Origin: Candidatus Bilamarchaeaceae archaeon
Lineage (GTDB): Archaea > Micrarchaeota > Micrarchaeia > Anstonellales > Bilamarchaeaceae
DNA length: 64,000 nt
Assembly: GCA_038870635.1 (NCBI GenBank)
Contig: JAVZJR010000001.1
Span: 1-64,000, forward strand
Direction of reading: 5' to 3'
A program made the position numbers and the translations under genes. A model generated the notes under the pieces. The model was not told where the DNA came from and did not search any database. It was given only the letters and a program-made list of their open reading frames with translations. This document shows, piece by piece, positions 29,614 through 40,661 of this stretch. Position 1 is the first letter of the stretch. The number at the start of each line of letters is the position of its first letter.

Positions 29614-30099
29614 ATGCAAATAAAATCAATAAGTATAGATTTGCCAAAAGATTGTAATGTAATAATCGGGCATGCACATTTCATAAAGACAGTAGAGGAC
29701 TTATACGAAACTCTTGCGGAGAGTGGGACAGCGCTAAAATTTGGAATTGCATTTTGTGAGGCGTCAGGAAAATGTCTTGTGAGAAGTGATGGGAATGATG
29801 AAGAGCTAATAAAAGCAGCAGAAAAAGAGGCATTAAAGATAGGCGCAGGGCACACGTTTATAATTTTTTTAAAAAATGGTTATCCTATAAATGTCTTAAA
29901 TAGAATAAAAAATGTAAGTGAAGTATGCACAATCTTCGCAGCTACTGCTAATCCGCTCGAATTAATAGTAGCAGAAAACGACAAAGGAGCTCGGGGCATT
30001 TTGGGGGTTATTGATGGTGAAAAGCCACAAGGAATAGAAAGCGAAGAAGATAAGCAATGGAGAAAAGATTTTTTGAGAAAAATTGGCTATAAAAGATAA
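29614..30099 (+). CDS. adenosine-specific kinase family (DUF355)
   Basis: [36 protein letters not shown]. Confidence 0.9.
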   Translation: MQIKSISIDLPKDCNVIIGHAHFIKTVEDLYETLAESGTALKFGIAFCEASGKCLVRSDGNDEELIKAAEKEALKIGAGHTFIIFLKNGYPINVLNRIKNVSEVCTIFAATANPLELIVAENDKGARGILGVIDGEKPQGIESEEDKQWRKDFLRKIGYKR

Positions 30100-30103
30100 G
30101 GGA

Positions 30104-30694
30104 TTATTTTTTAGCAAAGACAAGGTAAGCAGAGTGCATAAGACCAAAGTGTTTTGGGCGGACACCAAAATCCCGTACTTCGTAATCCCGAGTTATGCAT
30201 TCAGTCATAAAAACTTCATCACAATGTTTTTGGCATTCAAGTGCAAAAGCCTTGGCCTGTTCTATGTGAAGGCAATGTGCTACAGCAAAGCAACCTTTCT
30301 TTAAAACTTTTAGAACAATCGGGACAACTTTTTCTGCATCCGGTATATCACAAACTACTAAATCAAAAATTTCATCGTTTTCATCAATACCATCTTTTAC
30401 TACATCACGCAGTTTAAAAGATACGTTATCAAAACCTAATCGTTTAGCATTTTCCTCAGCGATTTTAAGAAATTCTGCCCTTTTTTCATAGGATATAACT
30501 TTTTTAGCAATGTTTGCCATTTGCAAAGACAAAAAACCAGAACCACTACCTATTTCAAGAACAGTACTATCTTTTCCTACACTAGTATAAGCGATTATCA
30601 ATCCTGCATCTTTTGGAAGTGTGACCGCGGGCCCTCTTTTTAGTTTTTTCAACAAAGGGGATAGATATGGTTTTGGAGCTGTAGATTTTTTCAA
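30104..30694 (-). CDS. trmI: tRNA (adenine-N1)-methyltransferase TrmI-like (short N-terminus)
   Basis: KRGPAVTLPKD, EIGSGSG, RP..H..HSAYL. Confidence 0.88.
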   Translation of the reverse strand: MKKSTAPKPYLSPLLKKLKRGPAVTLPKDAGLIIAYTSVGKDSTVLEIGSGSGFLSLQMANIAKKVISYEKRAEFLKIAEENAKRLGFDNVSFKLRDVVKDGIDENDEIFDLVVCDIPDAEKVVPIVLKVLKKGCFAVAHCLHIEQAKAFALECQKHCDEVFMTECITRDYEVRDFGVRPKHFGLMHSAYLVFAKK

Positions 30695-30784
30695 AAAACC
30701 ACCAGAGAAATTTTAAAAGACAGATTTTATAATCCATCGCAAAACGCAAAAGAATAAAAGGAAAAGCGTGCATATTTAATAGAC

Positions 30785-31552
30785 ATGAAAAAAATTGTTT
30801 ACTACTCGCCAACCTTATCTAATGAGCAGATTATAGAAAAAATGAAAAAAGTATTACCTTTTAGATTTAAACCGCTTAGCACTGAAATAATAAAAAGAAC
30901 AAGAGAACTGGAAAACATAGATGGAAGAGTAGCTTATATTTGGGGCGATGGAAGATACCATCATGAGTCTTACTTCTTTACAAAAAACAAAGTAAAAATA
31001 AAAATAAATTACGATTACCATTGCGATTTTGACGGTAGCGCCACCTATGTGGATTACTTTAACCACATGTATTACACTCAAAAAGACTCTACAAAGATAA
31101 TACTACCACGCGGAATAGAATTATTAAAAGACAAAAACGAAATAAGCAAAAAATTTGAGGAATACATAAATGAAATAAAAATAGAGACAAAACAATTTGG
31201 CAAAAATTCTATTGCTTTAACTATTGACTGTGATGCTTTTAGAAACTTTCCGGCAGTACCTTATTGGGTGCACGAAAACGCTTCAGAACCAGCACTCTTA
31301 ATAAATTTGATAAAAACTATACGTGAAAAAATAGCACTTCTGGATATTGGTGGCCTTGCTCCCAAAATAAAAGATTTTAAATTTATGAAAGATTTTTCAC
31401 TAGATGAGATACCACAAAAAAATGACACAAAAATATTTTTAGGAGAATACGATTATCTAAATAAAAAATTTGATAAAAAAATAATAAACAGAGTCGGCAA
31501 TTATGCGATTAAGATATACATTGAAGTATTGTCAGCCTTCTTTTTTGATTAA
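30785..31552 (+). CDS. diverged arginase/ureohydrolase-fold protein (paralog 2)
   Basis: [25 protein letters not shown]; aligns by eye to 23802-24710. Confidence 0.6.
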   Translation: MKKIVYYSPTLSNEQIIEKMKKVLPFRFKPLSTEIIKRTRELENIDGRVAYIWGDGRYHHESYFFTKNKVKIKINYDYHCDFDGSATYVDYFNHMYYTQKDSTKIILPRGIELLKDKNEISKKFEEYINEIKIETKQFGKNSIALTIDCDAFRNFPAVPYWVHENASEPALLINLIKTIREKIALLDIGGLAPKIKDFKFMKDFSLDEIPQKNDTKIFLGEYDYLNKKFDKKIINRVGNYAIKIYIEVLSAFFFD

Positions 31553-31983
31553 GCATTTTTTAAGCGATAATCCCTTAGTTTTTTAGAAAGATTTTCGTCT
31601 TTCAATGCAAGAATTTCAACTGCAAGCAGAGCAGCATTTTTACCATTGTCTATCCCGACCGTAGCAACAGGCACACCGGGGGGCAATTGAGCAATGCTTA
31701 AAAGCGCGTCAAGACCGCCAAGCTTTGCTGATACTGGCACACCTATCACTGGTTTTGTAGTTTTGCTTGCACAAAAGCCCGGCAAAGCCGCACTTAGGCC
31801 AGCGATTGCAATTATCACTTCCGCTTTTGTTTTACTTACCAACTCCTCAACTCTATCAGGATTTCTATGAGCAGAAGCAACTTCATATTTATAAGGGATG
31901 CCAAATTCCTGAAGGGTATCCAATGCCTTTTTCGCGATTTCATCATCGCTTTTGCTCCCACAGATAACTAAAACTTTTTCCAT
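31549..31983 (-). CDS. purE: N5-CAIR mutase / AIR carboxylase PurE
   Basis: [35 protein letters not shown]. Confidence 0.96.
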   Translation of the reverse strand: MEKVLVICGSKSDDEIAKKALDTLQEFGIPYKYEVASAHRNPDRVEELVSKTKAEVIIAIAGLSAALPGFCASKTTKPVIGVPVSAKLGGLDALLSIAQLPPGVPVATVGIDNGKNAALLAVEILALKDENLSKKLRDYRLKNA

Positions 31984-32045
31984 ATTGCGATTATCCAAGG
32001 GATTATTTAAAAATATACTCATAACAAAATAATGATGGTGGATTT

Positions 32046-32354
32046 GTGACCAAAGCAAAAGCGCCAAAAAGGAGACATATCATGATAGAAGTAAAAGAAA
32101 AAATCACAGAAGAAGACCTAAAAGCTCTACTCTATAGAGAGGCTCTTCGTTTTTTTGGAGAATATGGCTGCTCATTTTTACAGCTTAAAATAACCAAACA
32201 TGAACCTGAAAAAAACTTATGGATTATAACCTGTGCTCGTGATTATGCAGATAAAGTAAGGGGATTTTTAACATTAATAGAGAAACCAAGAATAATAGCG
32301 AAAAAGACAAGCGGAACTATGAAAAAACTTAAAGAAAAAATTATCTGCTCATAA
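32046..32354 (+). CDS. RNase P protein component Rpp14/Pop5
   Basis: [20 protein letters not shown]. Confidence 0.85.
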   Translation: MTKAKAPKRRHIMIEVKEKITEEDLKALLYREALRFFGEYGCSFLQLKITKHEPEKNLWIITCARDYADKVRGFLTLIEKPRIIAKKTSGTMKKLKEKIICS

Positions 32355-33522
32355 TCTCTATAATATCACGGTGTTTTAGGACATATTCTGCTCCGAGGGC
32401 TTTTTTTGTGCGTACATCTATAGCCTTCACAAAACCTTTTGCTAAGTCAGTATGTATAGTAGCTGCAAAATCCAAGGCAGTGCTACCTGGTTTCATTAGA
32501 AAACAATCTGGCAGGATATTTCCTTTGCTATCGGCCAACTTATTAACACCACCCGGAAAAACTGCTATATAGTGAAGAAAATCAAAAACTGCTGCGTTAA
32601 GAGCTTTCTGGACTCCTGTTCCGCCAGCCATCTTGATGTAATTTTTCAAAAATTCCATTGCTTTTTTTTGTTGCTCATCTAACTGTGCGATAATCTCAAA
32701 ATCACTATCGCCAGGAATGTATTTTATAAAACCATTCTTTGCTGCACTTTTAAGAGCAATCTCTGCTTCAGCAGAACAAGGAATTATAACATAGTTGGGA
32801 AACTCTTTCACAAGCCTTTGATAGTTTTGATAAGCGCCAGGAAGGTCGCACTTATTTGCTGCTATTAGAATTGGTTTTCCTATTTCTCGCATTTTTTTTG
32901 CAAATGCTAATTTTTCCTCTTCGCTCCACTGCTCTAATAATTTATCTTTTAAACGAAGCTCGACCAATGTTTTCACAATTGCGTTTTTACTTATCCCCAA
33001 ACCAGTGAATTGGTCAAACAAAACCTTTTCGTTTCCATCCTTCTTACTATCTTTTACTAACCTTATCCAATTGTTATCAAGAATTCCTTTTATCCAATAG
33101 TTAAGCTCGTTTTCAAGGAATATTATATCTTTTGCTGGGTCATAGCTACCAACAGGAACTTTCTCACCGTTCTCATTAGTTGAACCACTAGCATCAACTA
33201 TATGAATAAGCACATCTGCCTGCCGTAAATCATCTAAAAATTTATTGCCTAAACCTTTTCCTTCATGCGCCCCTGGCACTAAACCAGCAACATCGAGTAG
33301 TTCGACAGGAACAAAACGTCTGCTGTTTATGCAATAGCCGGCCCTCGGATTGCATTTAACCCCAAACTCCTTATCAACACATTCCACTTCAACATAACCT
33401 ATCGCATGATTTGGTTTAATAGTTGTGAAAGGTCTGGGAGAACGCTCTACGGCCACACTGGTGGCTGCCATAAAAAAGCTACTCTTTCCAGTTGATGGTT
33501 TTCCAACTATACCAATAAGCAT
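32341..33522 (-). CDS. ychF: YchF/Obg-family translation-associated NTPase
   Basis: [28 protein letters not shown]-terminal TGS (IHTDL). Confidence 0.93.
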   Translation of the reverse strand: MLIGIVGKPSTGKSSFFMAATSVAVERSPRPFTTIKPNHAIGYVEVECVDKEFGVKCNPRAGYCINSRRFVPVELLDVAGLVPGAHEGKGLGNKFLDDLRQADVLIHIVDASGSTNENGEKVPVGSYDPAKDIIFLENELNYWIKGILDNNWIRLVKDSKKDGNEKVLFDQFTGLGISKNAIVKTLVELRLKDKLLEQWSEEEKLAFAKKMREIGKPILIAANKCDLPGAYQNYQRLVKEFPNYVIIPCSAEAEIALKSAAKNGFIKYIPGDSDFEIIAQLDEQQKKAMEFLKNYIKMAGGTGVQKALNAAVFDFLHYIAVFPGGVNKLADSKGNILPDCFLMKPGSTALDFAATIHTDLAKGFVKAIDVRTKKALGAEYVLKHRDIIEIMSR

Positions 33523-33548
33523 TTTTTCATCACGCTCAAATTTTTATT

Positions 33549-34013
33549 CTATTTTTTATTAGCAGAATAAAAGCCAACAAGTCCAAGAACAAGAAGAATC
33601 AAACCTGATGAACCAGGGCATTGTTTTTCTACTTCGCCGCACTTAATGGCAGCATCCGCAATACAACGATCGGCAGCGCTATAACAAGTAGTCATAGAAC
33701 CTTCTTGGCAATCATATTTGTCGTTTCCAGTAGAAACATCTGCAATGCAACTTGATAACTGGGATGCACACTCATCAACTTGCGGGCATTGTCCTGCATG
33801 GTATTTCCCACTCATAATAGGATAACTCTTACTTATACATGTCAAAGCACTCGCTTTATAGGCATCTGAACAAGAACGGTCAATTTTTCCATTTTGGTCA
33901 AATCTGCAATTTGCGCATGCTTGTTTGTATGCTTCAAGTGAGCAATCTGCAAAAATTGTGCCAGACAACAGAACTAAACCTAAAAGAACAGCTAAGTAAA
34001 TAATAAATTTCAT
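33549..34013 (-). CDS. Cys-rich secreted protein with C-terminal TM anchor
   Basis: Signal peptide, many Cys, C-terminal CPG-hydrophobic-KK. Confidence 0.75.
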   Translation of the reverse strand: MKFIIYLAVLLGLVLLSGTIFADCSLEAYKQACANCRFDQNGKIDRSCSDAYKASALTCISKSYPIMSGKYHAGQCPQVDECASQLSSCIADVSTGNDKYDCQEGSMTTCYSAADRCIADAAIKCGEVEKQCPGSSGLILLVLGLVGFYSANKK

Positions 34014-34063
34014 ACTACAATTGAAAAAGAAAGGATTAATAAAGATAAACTTTGGGCTCTTGG

Positions 34064-35218
34064 TTATTTTCTTAAAATAACTACGCTCTCTCTTGTTTGC
34101 ACTCGTTGAGGTTTGACATCAGCAAAACGGTAGGCACCAATTATTATTTCTGCTTCCATACCTAAACGATTACCAATTTCTGCCAGTATTTTATCCACAA
34201 GTATGTGCTCATTAAATATCACTGCATTAGATACTACAAAATAAGCAGCGCGCCCTTCTCCTAATACCCTTTGTAATTCTTTTATGACTAGCTCCATATC
34301 CGCAAAATAACTTCCAACTATCGGTATTTTTTGTCCAACGTCTCCGCATTCTGGTGGAGAGTTAAGAGTAAAATGATCGCCTTTTATAAAAGAGTGCAAG
34401 AGCCTCCCTCTTGTCTTTTTTGTACTTTGTTGATCCAAGGCAAGAAGACTAAGTTCAAGACCATATATTTTAGAATAATCTACATTGTTTAGGTAAGGCG
34501 GCGAAGTTATAGCTACATCAAAATATTCATCTTTAAAATTCAAGTGACGAGCATCACCCAAAAAAACTGCTGGCTCTGGGCCATCTATTTTATTTTCCTC
34601 GATATCTTTTAGCATAAGTTTTAACTTTCTAAAAAAGGCCTCTTTTGCTGGCATTGCTCTTTTTCTTTTATCAATTTTAAGAACGCCGCCATCCTTTATT
34701 ACTATACTTGCCTGAGGAAGAATTGACAACAAAGCAAGGAGAAGAAAATCCTTTGCTTTTTGACCGCATTCGTATTCATATATCGCTTCACGGATAGATA
34801 ATATTTCTATAAGGTTTCTTTTTGGAAAAGCTGCCCTTGGACTAAAAAGCTCAAAATCCCATTTAATAGACGCCTCTCTCTTTAATTTTTTAGAAAGAAA
34901 AAAAATAATCTCTGAAATATCTTCTTTTGTGTAATTCGTACATTTAACTTTTGAAACAAGAACAGCCAGTTCAGAAGCATCTATTCCGCACGATTTTAAA
35001 CCGCTTTTTTTAGCCGCTAATAATGATGTGCCGACACCACAAAAAGGATCTATTAAAGATTTTATCTCTCGACTGTGGGACTGTTCTTTTTTTAGACAAT
35101 ATTCTACTATTTCAGGAGAATAGCCCTCTTTATAATAAAACCATCGATGAATAGGTTTTTCTTTGTTTGGCTGAAAAGTCATGTAGGGCGCAAGCCAAAG
35201 TTCTTCGTGTATTTTCAT
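34064..35218 (-). CDS. amino (N4-C/N6-A) DNA methyltransferase, apparently orphan
   Basis: HRWFYYKEGYS, DPFCGVGT (motif I), TSPPY (motif IV). Confidence 0.88.
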   Translation of the reverse strand: MKIHEELWLAPYMTFQPNKEKPIHRWFYYKEGYSPEIVEYCLKKEQSHSREIKSLIDPFCGVGTSLLAAKKSGLKSCGIDASELAVLVSKVKCTNYTKEDISEIIFFLSKKLKREASIKWDFELFSPRAAFPKRNLIEILSIREAIYEYECGQKAKDFLLLALLSILPQASIVIKDGGVLKIDKRKRAMPAKEAFFRKLKLMLKDIEENKIDGPEPAVFLGDARHLNFKDEYFDVAITSPPYLNNVDYSKIYGLELSLLALDQQSTKKTRGRLLHSFIKGDHFTLNSPPECGDVGQKIPIVGSYFADMELVIKELQRVLGEGRAAYFVVSNAVIFNEHILVDKILAEIGNRLGMEAEIIIGAYRFADVKPQRVQTRESVVILRK

Positions 35219-35222
35219 AAAA

Positions 35223-35618
35223 TCAACTTTTCTCTTTCGCTATTGCTTTTTTTGAAAGGTTATCTGCGATGGTATTATGTTCACGCGGTATATGCTCTAT
35301 CTCCACATCCATACCCCGGAGCAACTCATCTGCTTTTGATTTTAATATTTTAAGATTATGGTCCTTTACTTTGTATAGGCCGTTCATCTGATTCGCAAGC
35401 AGTTGGCTATCTGTCCGAATAAGAGCTTTTGACTCCCCGAATTTTTTTATTTCCTCTAAAGCACGAATTAATGCACTATATTCTGCAATGTTATTGGTGC
35501 CTTCACCTAAATATTCACTTATCTCTTTTATCTTATGTTTATTTTTATATATTACAACCCCTATGCCCATAGGGCCAGGATTACCAAAGCAAGCACCATC
35601 AATGTAAACATAAAGCAT
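35223..35618 (-). CDS. rnhA: ribonuclease HI
   Basis: IDGACFGNPG, TNNIAEY, TDSQL, HIPREHN..AD. Confidence 0.93.
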   Translation of the reverse strand: MLYVYIDGACFGNPGPMGIGVVIYKNKHKIKEISEYLGEGTNNIAEYSALIRALEEIKKFGESKALIRTDSQLLANQMNGLYKVKDHNLKILKSKADELLRGMDVEIEHIPREHNTIADNLSKKAIAKEKS

Positions 35619-35638
35619 AAAATCATTTTAGGCTGGAA

Positions 35639-36265
35639 CTATTTAAATTGTTCTTTCCCCCACCGCACTATCAGGGCGTGATATTCATTAAACAAACGAT
35701 AGTTTTTTGGGAGGTTTTTTTCAAAAAATAGTTGACAATCGTTATAACTTTTAAAATTACCAAGACCATAGTAAATGCAAAACCTAAGTGTGTATGCATC
35801 CACAACGAAAATAGGTTTCTTAAAAGCATAAAGAAGAATGGAATCCGCAGTTTCAGGTCCGATTCCTTTTACACTCAGAAGAGCTTCGCGCGATTCTCTT
35901 AAACTGCTGCATTTCCTTATTTTTTTATAGATAGGCAAAAGCCGTTTTATTCTTTCTGCTTTTTGATTGTAATAACCCGAGGAACGTATAAGCAAAGCCA
36001 ATTTTTTTATAGGCATACCTAACAGAGATGAATAGTCTAAGACATTATTTTCATAAAGTGAAAGAAGAGCTTTTTCAGCATTTTTCCAATTTGTCCCTTG
36101 AGCAAGAATGGCACCAATGGTAATCTGAAATCTATCTCTTTCATTTTTTGGAGTGTTGTAATCATTAGGGTGGTAATGGATTTTACCCCTTTTTATTGTT
36201 GGCCACCACCCCTGTGGACCGTATATACCAAGCAATCTTTTGTACATCGCTAAAAGAGATACCAT
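35639..36265 (-). CDS. HhH-GPD endonuclease III-related glycosylase
   Basis: GPQGWWP, GAILAQGT.W, GIGPETADSILLYA, VVDAY, HALIV. Confidence 0.88.
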   Translation of the reverse strand: MVSLLAMYKRLLGIYGPQGWWPTIKRGKIHYHPNDYNTPKNERDRFQITIGAILAQGTNWKNAEKALLSLYENNVLDYSSLLGMPIKKLALLIRSSGYYNQKAERIKRLLPIYKKIRKCSSLRESREALLSVKGIGPETADSILLYAFKKPIFVVDAYTLRFCIYYGLGNFKSYNDCQLFFEKNLPKNYRLFNEYHALIVRWGKEQFK

Positions 36266-36323
36266 AAATCGATAACACGGCGCAGATTTTTAAGCACTTA
36301 CCAATAATCATTTGTCGATTGTT

Positions 36324-38699
36324 ATGCTTGAAAAAAATTACAGCAGAGAGATTGAAAAGAAGTGGCAGGAAAGATGGAAGGAAGAAGGAACTTATAAATT
36401 TGATGAAAACGACAGTGTCAAACCTATTTATAGCATAGACACGCCCCCTCCTTTTACTAGTGGGGAGCTTCATATGGGACATGTGCTTTCCTACAGTTAC
36501 TTTGATTTCGCAGCAAGATATAAACGAATGCGTGGTTTTAATGTATACTACCCTCAAGGATGGGATACACAAGGTTTTCCAACTGAAGTAAAAGTAGAAA
36601 AAAAATATGGAAAGTTGCCGCCTGTTGAATTTAGGCAAAAATGTGTGGAATGGACAAAGGAGTTTATAGCAAGAATGAAACAACAGATGAACGAGCTTGG
36701 CTTTAGCGCAGACTGGAGATATGAATATAGAACAATGGACCCGGCATATCACAAAAAAGTACAACTCTCCTTAATACAAATGTACAATGACAAGTTAATA
36801 TATCGATCAAAATATCCTGTATTTTGGTGCACCAAATGTGTATCAGCAATAGCCAAGGCAGAATTAGACGATTTTGAAAAGGAAGGCGTTCTAAATTACA
36901 TAAAGTTTAAAGGACCAGAAAATGAAGACCTCATAATAGCAACAACAAGACCAGAACTTCTTCACGCGTGTGTTGCGGTTATGTTCAACCCAAACGATAA
37001 AAGGTATTTACATCTTGATGGTAAAAAGATAACTACCCCTCTTGGAAAAGAAGTTATCGCGATACCAGATAAGGAAGTTGACATGGAATTTGGCACTGGG
37101 CTCGTCATGCTGTGTACTTTTGGGGATAAGATGGATGTAGTATGGATGCATCGCTATAAGCTTCCACTAATAGAAGCACTTGATCAACACGGCAGATTGA
37201 TAAATGCAGGTGAATTTAATGGCTTAAAGGTAGAGGAAGCAAAAAAGAAAATAATAGAAAAACTTGAAAGAGATGGTAAAGTAGTAAAAAAGGAAAAAAT
37301 AAAACAAGTTATTAAAGTACATGACCGGTGTAGCACACCGATAGAACTTTTAACGTCGTATCAATGGTTCGCGGACATAAAGACAACTGCAAAAAGAATA
37401 AAAGATATGGCATATAAGATAAGATGGATTCCATCTTTTGGTATTACTTATCTAATAGACTGGGTGGAAGGTGCGGAATGGGATTGGGTGATTAGCAGAC
37501 AGAGAATTTTTGGCACCCCCTTACCTTTTTACTATTGTGAAAAATGCGGTGAAACCGCTCCTGCTGATATAAAAGATTTGCCTTTTTACGCAGAAACCGC
37601 TCCAATCAAAAAATGTAAATGTGGCGAACAGATGAAACCAGAAACAAGTACCTGTGATTGTTGGGTGGATTCAAGCATAACTCCATTAATAATAAGTGGT
37701 TGGCCAGATGATGAAAAAAAATTCAAACGGTTCTACCCAATAACTTTGCGCCCTCAGGGAGTAGAAATAGTAAGAACTTGGGCTTTTTATACACTCTATA
37801 GAAGTGGAGTAGCACTAACTGGTATCCCGCCATGGAAAGAAATACTGCTGAATGGAAATGTATTGGCTCCTGATGGAAAAAAGATGAGTAAGAGCTTAGG
37901 GAATGTAATATCTCCGGCAGAATTGCTAAACGATTATCCAGCAGATGCAATAAGACAATGGGCAGCTATGAGTGGGGCGATGGCAAAAGATCGACCTTTT
38001 AGTTATGAAGACTTACGTTTTGCAAAATCTTTTCTCAATAAACTTTGGAATGCTGCAAGATTCATAGAACTTAACTTAAAAGATTATAAAAAATTAGAGA
38101 GACATTCGCATCAATTGACACTTATAGATAAATGGATATTGCAAGAACTAAACAAGCTCATCCAAGATTACACAACAGCATTTGAAAATTATGATTATCA
38201 AAAAGCGATATACCGTCTACATTCATTTTTTTGGCAAGAATTTTGTGATGATTATCTCGAATATGTAAAACATAGAATATATGGACCAGATAGCGAAGAG
38301 AAAAACGCGGCCTTTTATACATTACACACTGTTTTGGAAACTGTAGTTAAGCTACTCGCACCAATTGCCCCGCATATAAGTGAAGAGATATATAGAGAAG
38401 TACTAAAAAATAACGAAAGTATCCACCTATCTTCTTGGCCTAAGAAAATCGAAAATATAGAAGGAGAAACGACCCCAGTGGAAATAATGAGAAAAATAAT
38501 AAGCCAAGTACGACAACAGAAAGCTTCCGCGAGATTGCCACAAAATGCTGAAATAGAAAAAGGAATAATAAGTGGCAAAAATGAAGACACAGATACACTC
38601 ATAAAAGCAGGGCTTATCGAAGAAATAAAGAAAATAACAAAAATAAAAGAATTAGAGATAAAAAAAGGCGAAGAGATTAAGATATCAATAGTGAACTAA
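36324..38699 (+). CDS. valS: valine--tRNA ligase
   Basis: DTPPP..SGELHMGH, DWVISRQR, KMSKS. Confidence 0.96.
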   Translation: MLEKNYSREIEKKWQERWKEEGTYKFDENDSVKPIYSIDTPPPFTSGELHMGHVLSYSYFDFAARYKRMRGFNVYYPQGWDTQGFPTEVKVEKKYGKLPPVEFRQKCVEWTKEFIARMKQQMNELGFSADWRYEYRTMDPAYHKKVQLSLIQMYNDKLIYRSKYPVFWCTKCVSAIAKAELDDFEKEGVLNYIKFKGPENEDLIIATTRPELLHACVAVMFNPNDKRYLHLDGKKITTPLGKEVIAIPDKEVDMEFGTGLVMLCTFGDKMDVVWMHRYKLPLIEALDQHGRLINAGEFNGLKVEEAKKKIIEKLERDGKVVKKEKIKQVIKVHDRCSTPIELLTSYQWFADIKTTAKRIKDMAYKIRWIPSFGITYLIDWVEGAEWDWVISRQRIFGTPLPFYYCEKCGETAPADIKDLPFYAETAPIKKCKCGEQMKPETSTCDCWVDSSITPLIISGWPDDEKKFKRFYPITLRPQGVEIVRTWAFYTLYRSGVALTGIPPWKEILLNGNVLAPDGKKMSKSLGNVISPAELLNDYPADAIRQWAAMSGAMAKDRPFSYEDLRFAKSFLNKLWNAARFIELNLKDYKKLERHSHQLTLIDKWILQELNKLIQDYTTAFENYDYQKAIYRLHSFFWQEFCDDYLEYVKHRIYGPDSEEKNAAFYTLHTVLETVVKLLAPIAPHISEEIYREVLKNNESIHLSSWPKKIENIEGETTPVEIMRKIISQVRQQKASARLPQNAEIEKGIISGKNEDTDTLIKAGLIEEIKKITKIKELEIKKGEEIKISIVN

Positions 38700-39221
38700 T
38701 CAATCTGGCGCAACTACTTTTGCGACTAAACGACCGCTTATAGTATGCTCATCACCACTACACGCAGCACTCTGCGGATCATCCCGCAATTCAGGCGCAC
38801 AGGAACGGTATTGTAAATAGAGAGAAAATTGTTTCAAGGCATTCTCTTCTAATTTTTTCTCTTGTGGAAAAGCACCATTGAAAACCAATTTGCTTCCACT
38901 CTCTACACTTTTTTGTTGAGAAGATAAAGCAACTTTGCTTCCATCAGAAAGAATTAAAGAAAAATCCGATATCTCTATAGGGTAAGAGAATGCATTAAGC
39001 ACCTCAATAGAAACCTTAGTAATACCCGCTCGGTCGTTATAAACAACTGCTTTACAAGGAATGTTGGAACCAAGTTCGCATTTTTCGCTTATAAAAAAGT
39101 CAGAGCGAAAAAAACCGCCAAAAAGTAATATACCAATCACAACCGCCAAAATAAATATCGCCCAACCATAAGTAGTGAGATATTCTATCATTGCCTGTCC
39201 TTTGAAATTTTTAAAGTTCAT
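38700..39221 (-). CDS. class III signal peptide (pilin-like) protein
   Basis: KGQ|AMIEYL followed by hydrophobic helix. Confidence 0.85.
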   Translation of the reverse strand: MNFKNFKGQAMIEYLTTYGWAIFILAVVIGILLFGGFFRSDFFISEKCELGSNIPCKAVVYNDRAGITKVSIEVLNAFSYPIEISDFSLILSDGSKVALSSQQKSVESGSKLVFNGAFPQEKKLEENALKQFSLYLQYRSCAPELRDDPQSAACSGDEHTISGRLVAKVVAPD

Positions 39222-39284
39222 ATTCTTGATTAAAACATATATAATTAAATTAATTACGGAAGAAATCCAAGTGAGAGTGATAGT

Positions 39285-39971
39285 ATGGATAGAGTTAAGA
39301 CGGGTATAAGTGGATTAGACGAAATGCTTAACGGAGGAATACCAAAAAACAGACATGTTGCGCTCTATGGTGGTCCTGGTTGCGGAAAAACTTCTTTCTG
39401 CTTTGAATACTTATACCGTGGCGCAGAAGAGGGAGAGAATGGTGTTTACATAACATTAGAAGAAACACCAGAAGACATCATTACAAACATGAGGAATACT
39501 TTTCCTCTTTTAAAAAATACTGAAAAACTAATAGAAGAGAAAAAACTAGAAATAGTAAAACCAGAGAAATTTGTAATGGAAGAAATAGCTAATATAATAG
39601 AGGAAAGAATAACAGAAAATGATGTAAAAAGGGCAGTCATAGATTCAGCAACAATGATAAGAATGTCTTTTGGTACTGAAATAGAGTATAGGCAAACGCT
39701 TTTTGAGTTCCTCTCTCTTTTAAGAAATCTTGACTGCACAACAATAACAACTGTTGAAGCAAATTCTGCTATGAAAACAGAAATGCGCTTTGATATAGAA
39801 CACTTTGTTATGGATGGTATAATAAATCTGTACAATCTTGATAGAGAAGACAGAAGAATAAGAGCGCTTGAAATATTCAAAATGAGAGGAACAGATCACT
39901 CGCGTGAACTCGTGCCCTTTAAGGTGACGCCTTCAGGCATAAAGGTTTATGTTGGCGAGAAAGTTTTCTAG
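39285..39971 (+). CDS. KaiC/RAD55-like ATPase (single domain)
   Basis: TGISGLDEMLNGGIP, GGPGCGKT, EE, VIDS, KMRGT.H. Confidence 0.93.
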   Translation: MDRVKTGISGLDEMLNGGIPKNRHVALYGGPGCGKTSFCFEYLYRGAEEGENGVYITLEETPEDIITNMRNTFPLLKNTEKLIEEKKLEIVKPEKFVMEEIANIIEERITENDVKRAVIDSATMIRMSFGTEIEYRQTLFEFLSLLRNLDCTTITTVEANSAMKTEMRFDIEHFVMDGIINLYNLDREDRRIRALEIFKMRGTDHSRELVPFKVTPSGIKVYVGEKVF

Positions 39972-40545
39972 AACTGGATAAGGGCAACCAGATACAACCA
40001 TCTTTACCTTTTAACGCGAGTGCTTTTTGTTTGTTAATAAAAAGTCCAGTTATGGCACAACACATAGCATCTATTTCATCTTGCGTGTAGTTTCTTTTCT
40101 TAAATTTAAAACCGCTTTTTCTAAACATTTCTAAAATTTCTCTTTTGTCTTTTCTATTCACTTTCCAAATATCATAGCTAGCGCCAGGAAAGACTTCAAC
40201 AACGCGAATCTTTTGTTTTTTCATTTTATTTCTCAATTTTATTCCTCTTTTTGTCAGCATTCTCATAGGACCAAGCGTTATAGGAAAAAACCGTATGCCA
40301 AGTTTTCTTAACTTTAAATCGCACTCACGAAAATGAGCTTTATTTTTTTGATTAATATTTTTCCTTCCTTTAGGTAATGTGAGAGGTGCATCAATAGCAA
40401 CAATTTCGAGTTTTGTTTTTTTTATAATTGTAAGCAATTCATTATCACTATGCACTATTCCTATGTCTAAAAAATTTTTTCCATCTAAAAGCGCTATTCC
40501 AGTGTTTCTTTTCTCACTCCCTGCAAGATCTACCCCTAAAATCAT
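39919..40545 (-). CDS. DUF429 family (predicted RNase H-fold nuclease)
   Basis: GVDLAG, AIDAPL, RECD, EVFPG, DEIDA; true start ATG 40545 (track ORF extends into the tRNA). Confidence 0.85.
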   Translation of the reverse strand: MILGVDLAGSEKRNTGIALLDGKNFLDIGIVHSDNELLTIIKKTKLEIVAIDAPLTLPKGRKNINQKNKAHFRECDLKLRKLGIRFFPITLGPMRMLTKRGIKLRNKMKKQKIRVVEVFPGASYDIWKVNRKDKREILEMFRKSGFKFKKRNYTQDEIDAMCCAITGLFINKQKALALKGKDGCIWLPLSSSRKLSRQHKPLCLKASP

Positions 40546-40566
40546 AAAAACACTTATTAAAGCTAG

Positions 40567-40641
40567 TAGCGGGGGTTGGATTTGAACCAACGAGCTCCGG
40601 GTTATGAGCCCGGCGGGCACTCCAGGCTACCCCACCCCGCT
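40567..40641 (-). tRNA. tRNA-Met(CAT), initiator type
   Basis: AGCGGGG acceptor stem with A1-U72, CAT anticodon with three G-C pairs, GGTTCAAATCC T-arm; CCA not encoded. Confidence 0.95.
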
Positions 40642-40661
40642 GAGAATAAGATTATATATAA

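Noticed and set aside
40546..40620. N-terminal extension of DUF429 ORF
   Set aside because: Overlaps tRNA-Met; real start is ATG 40545
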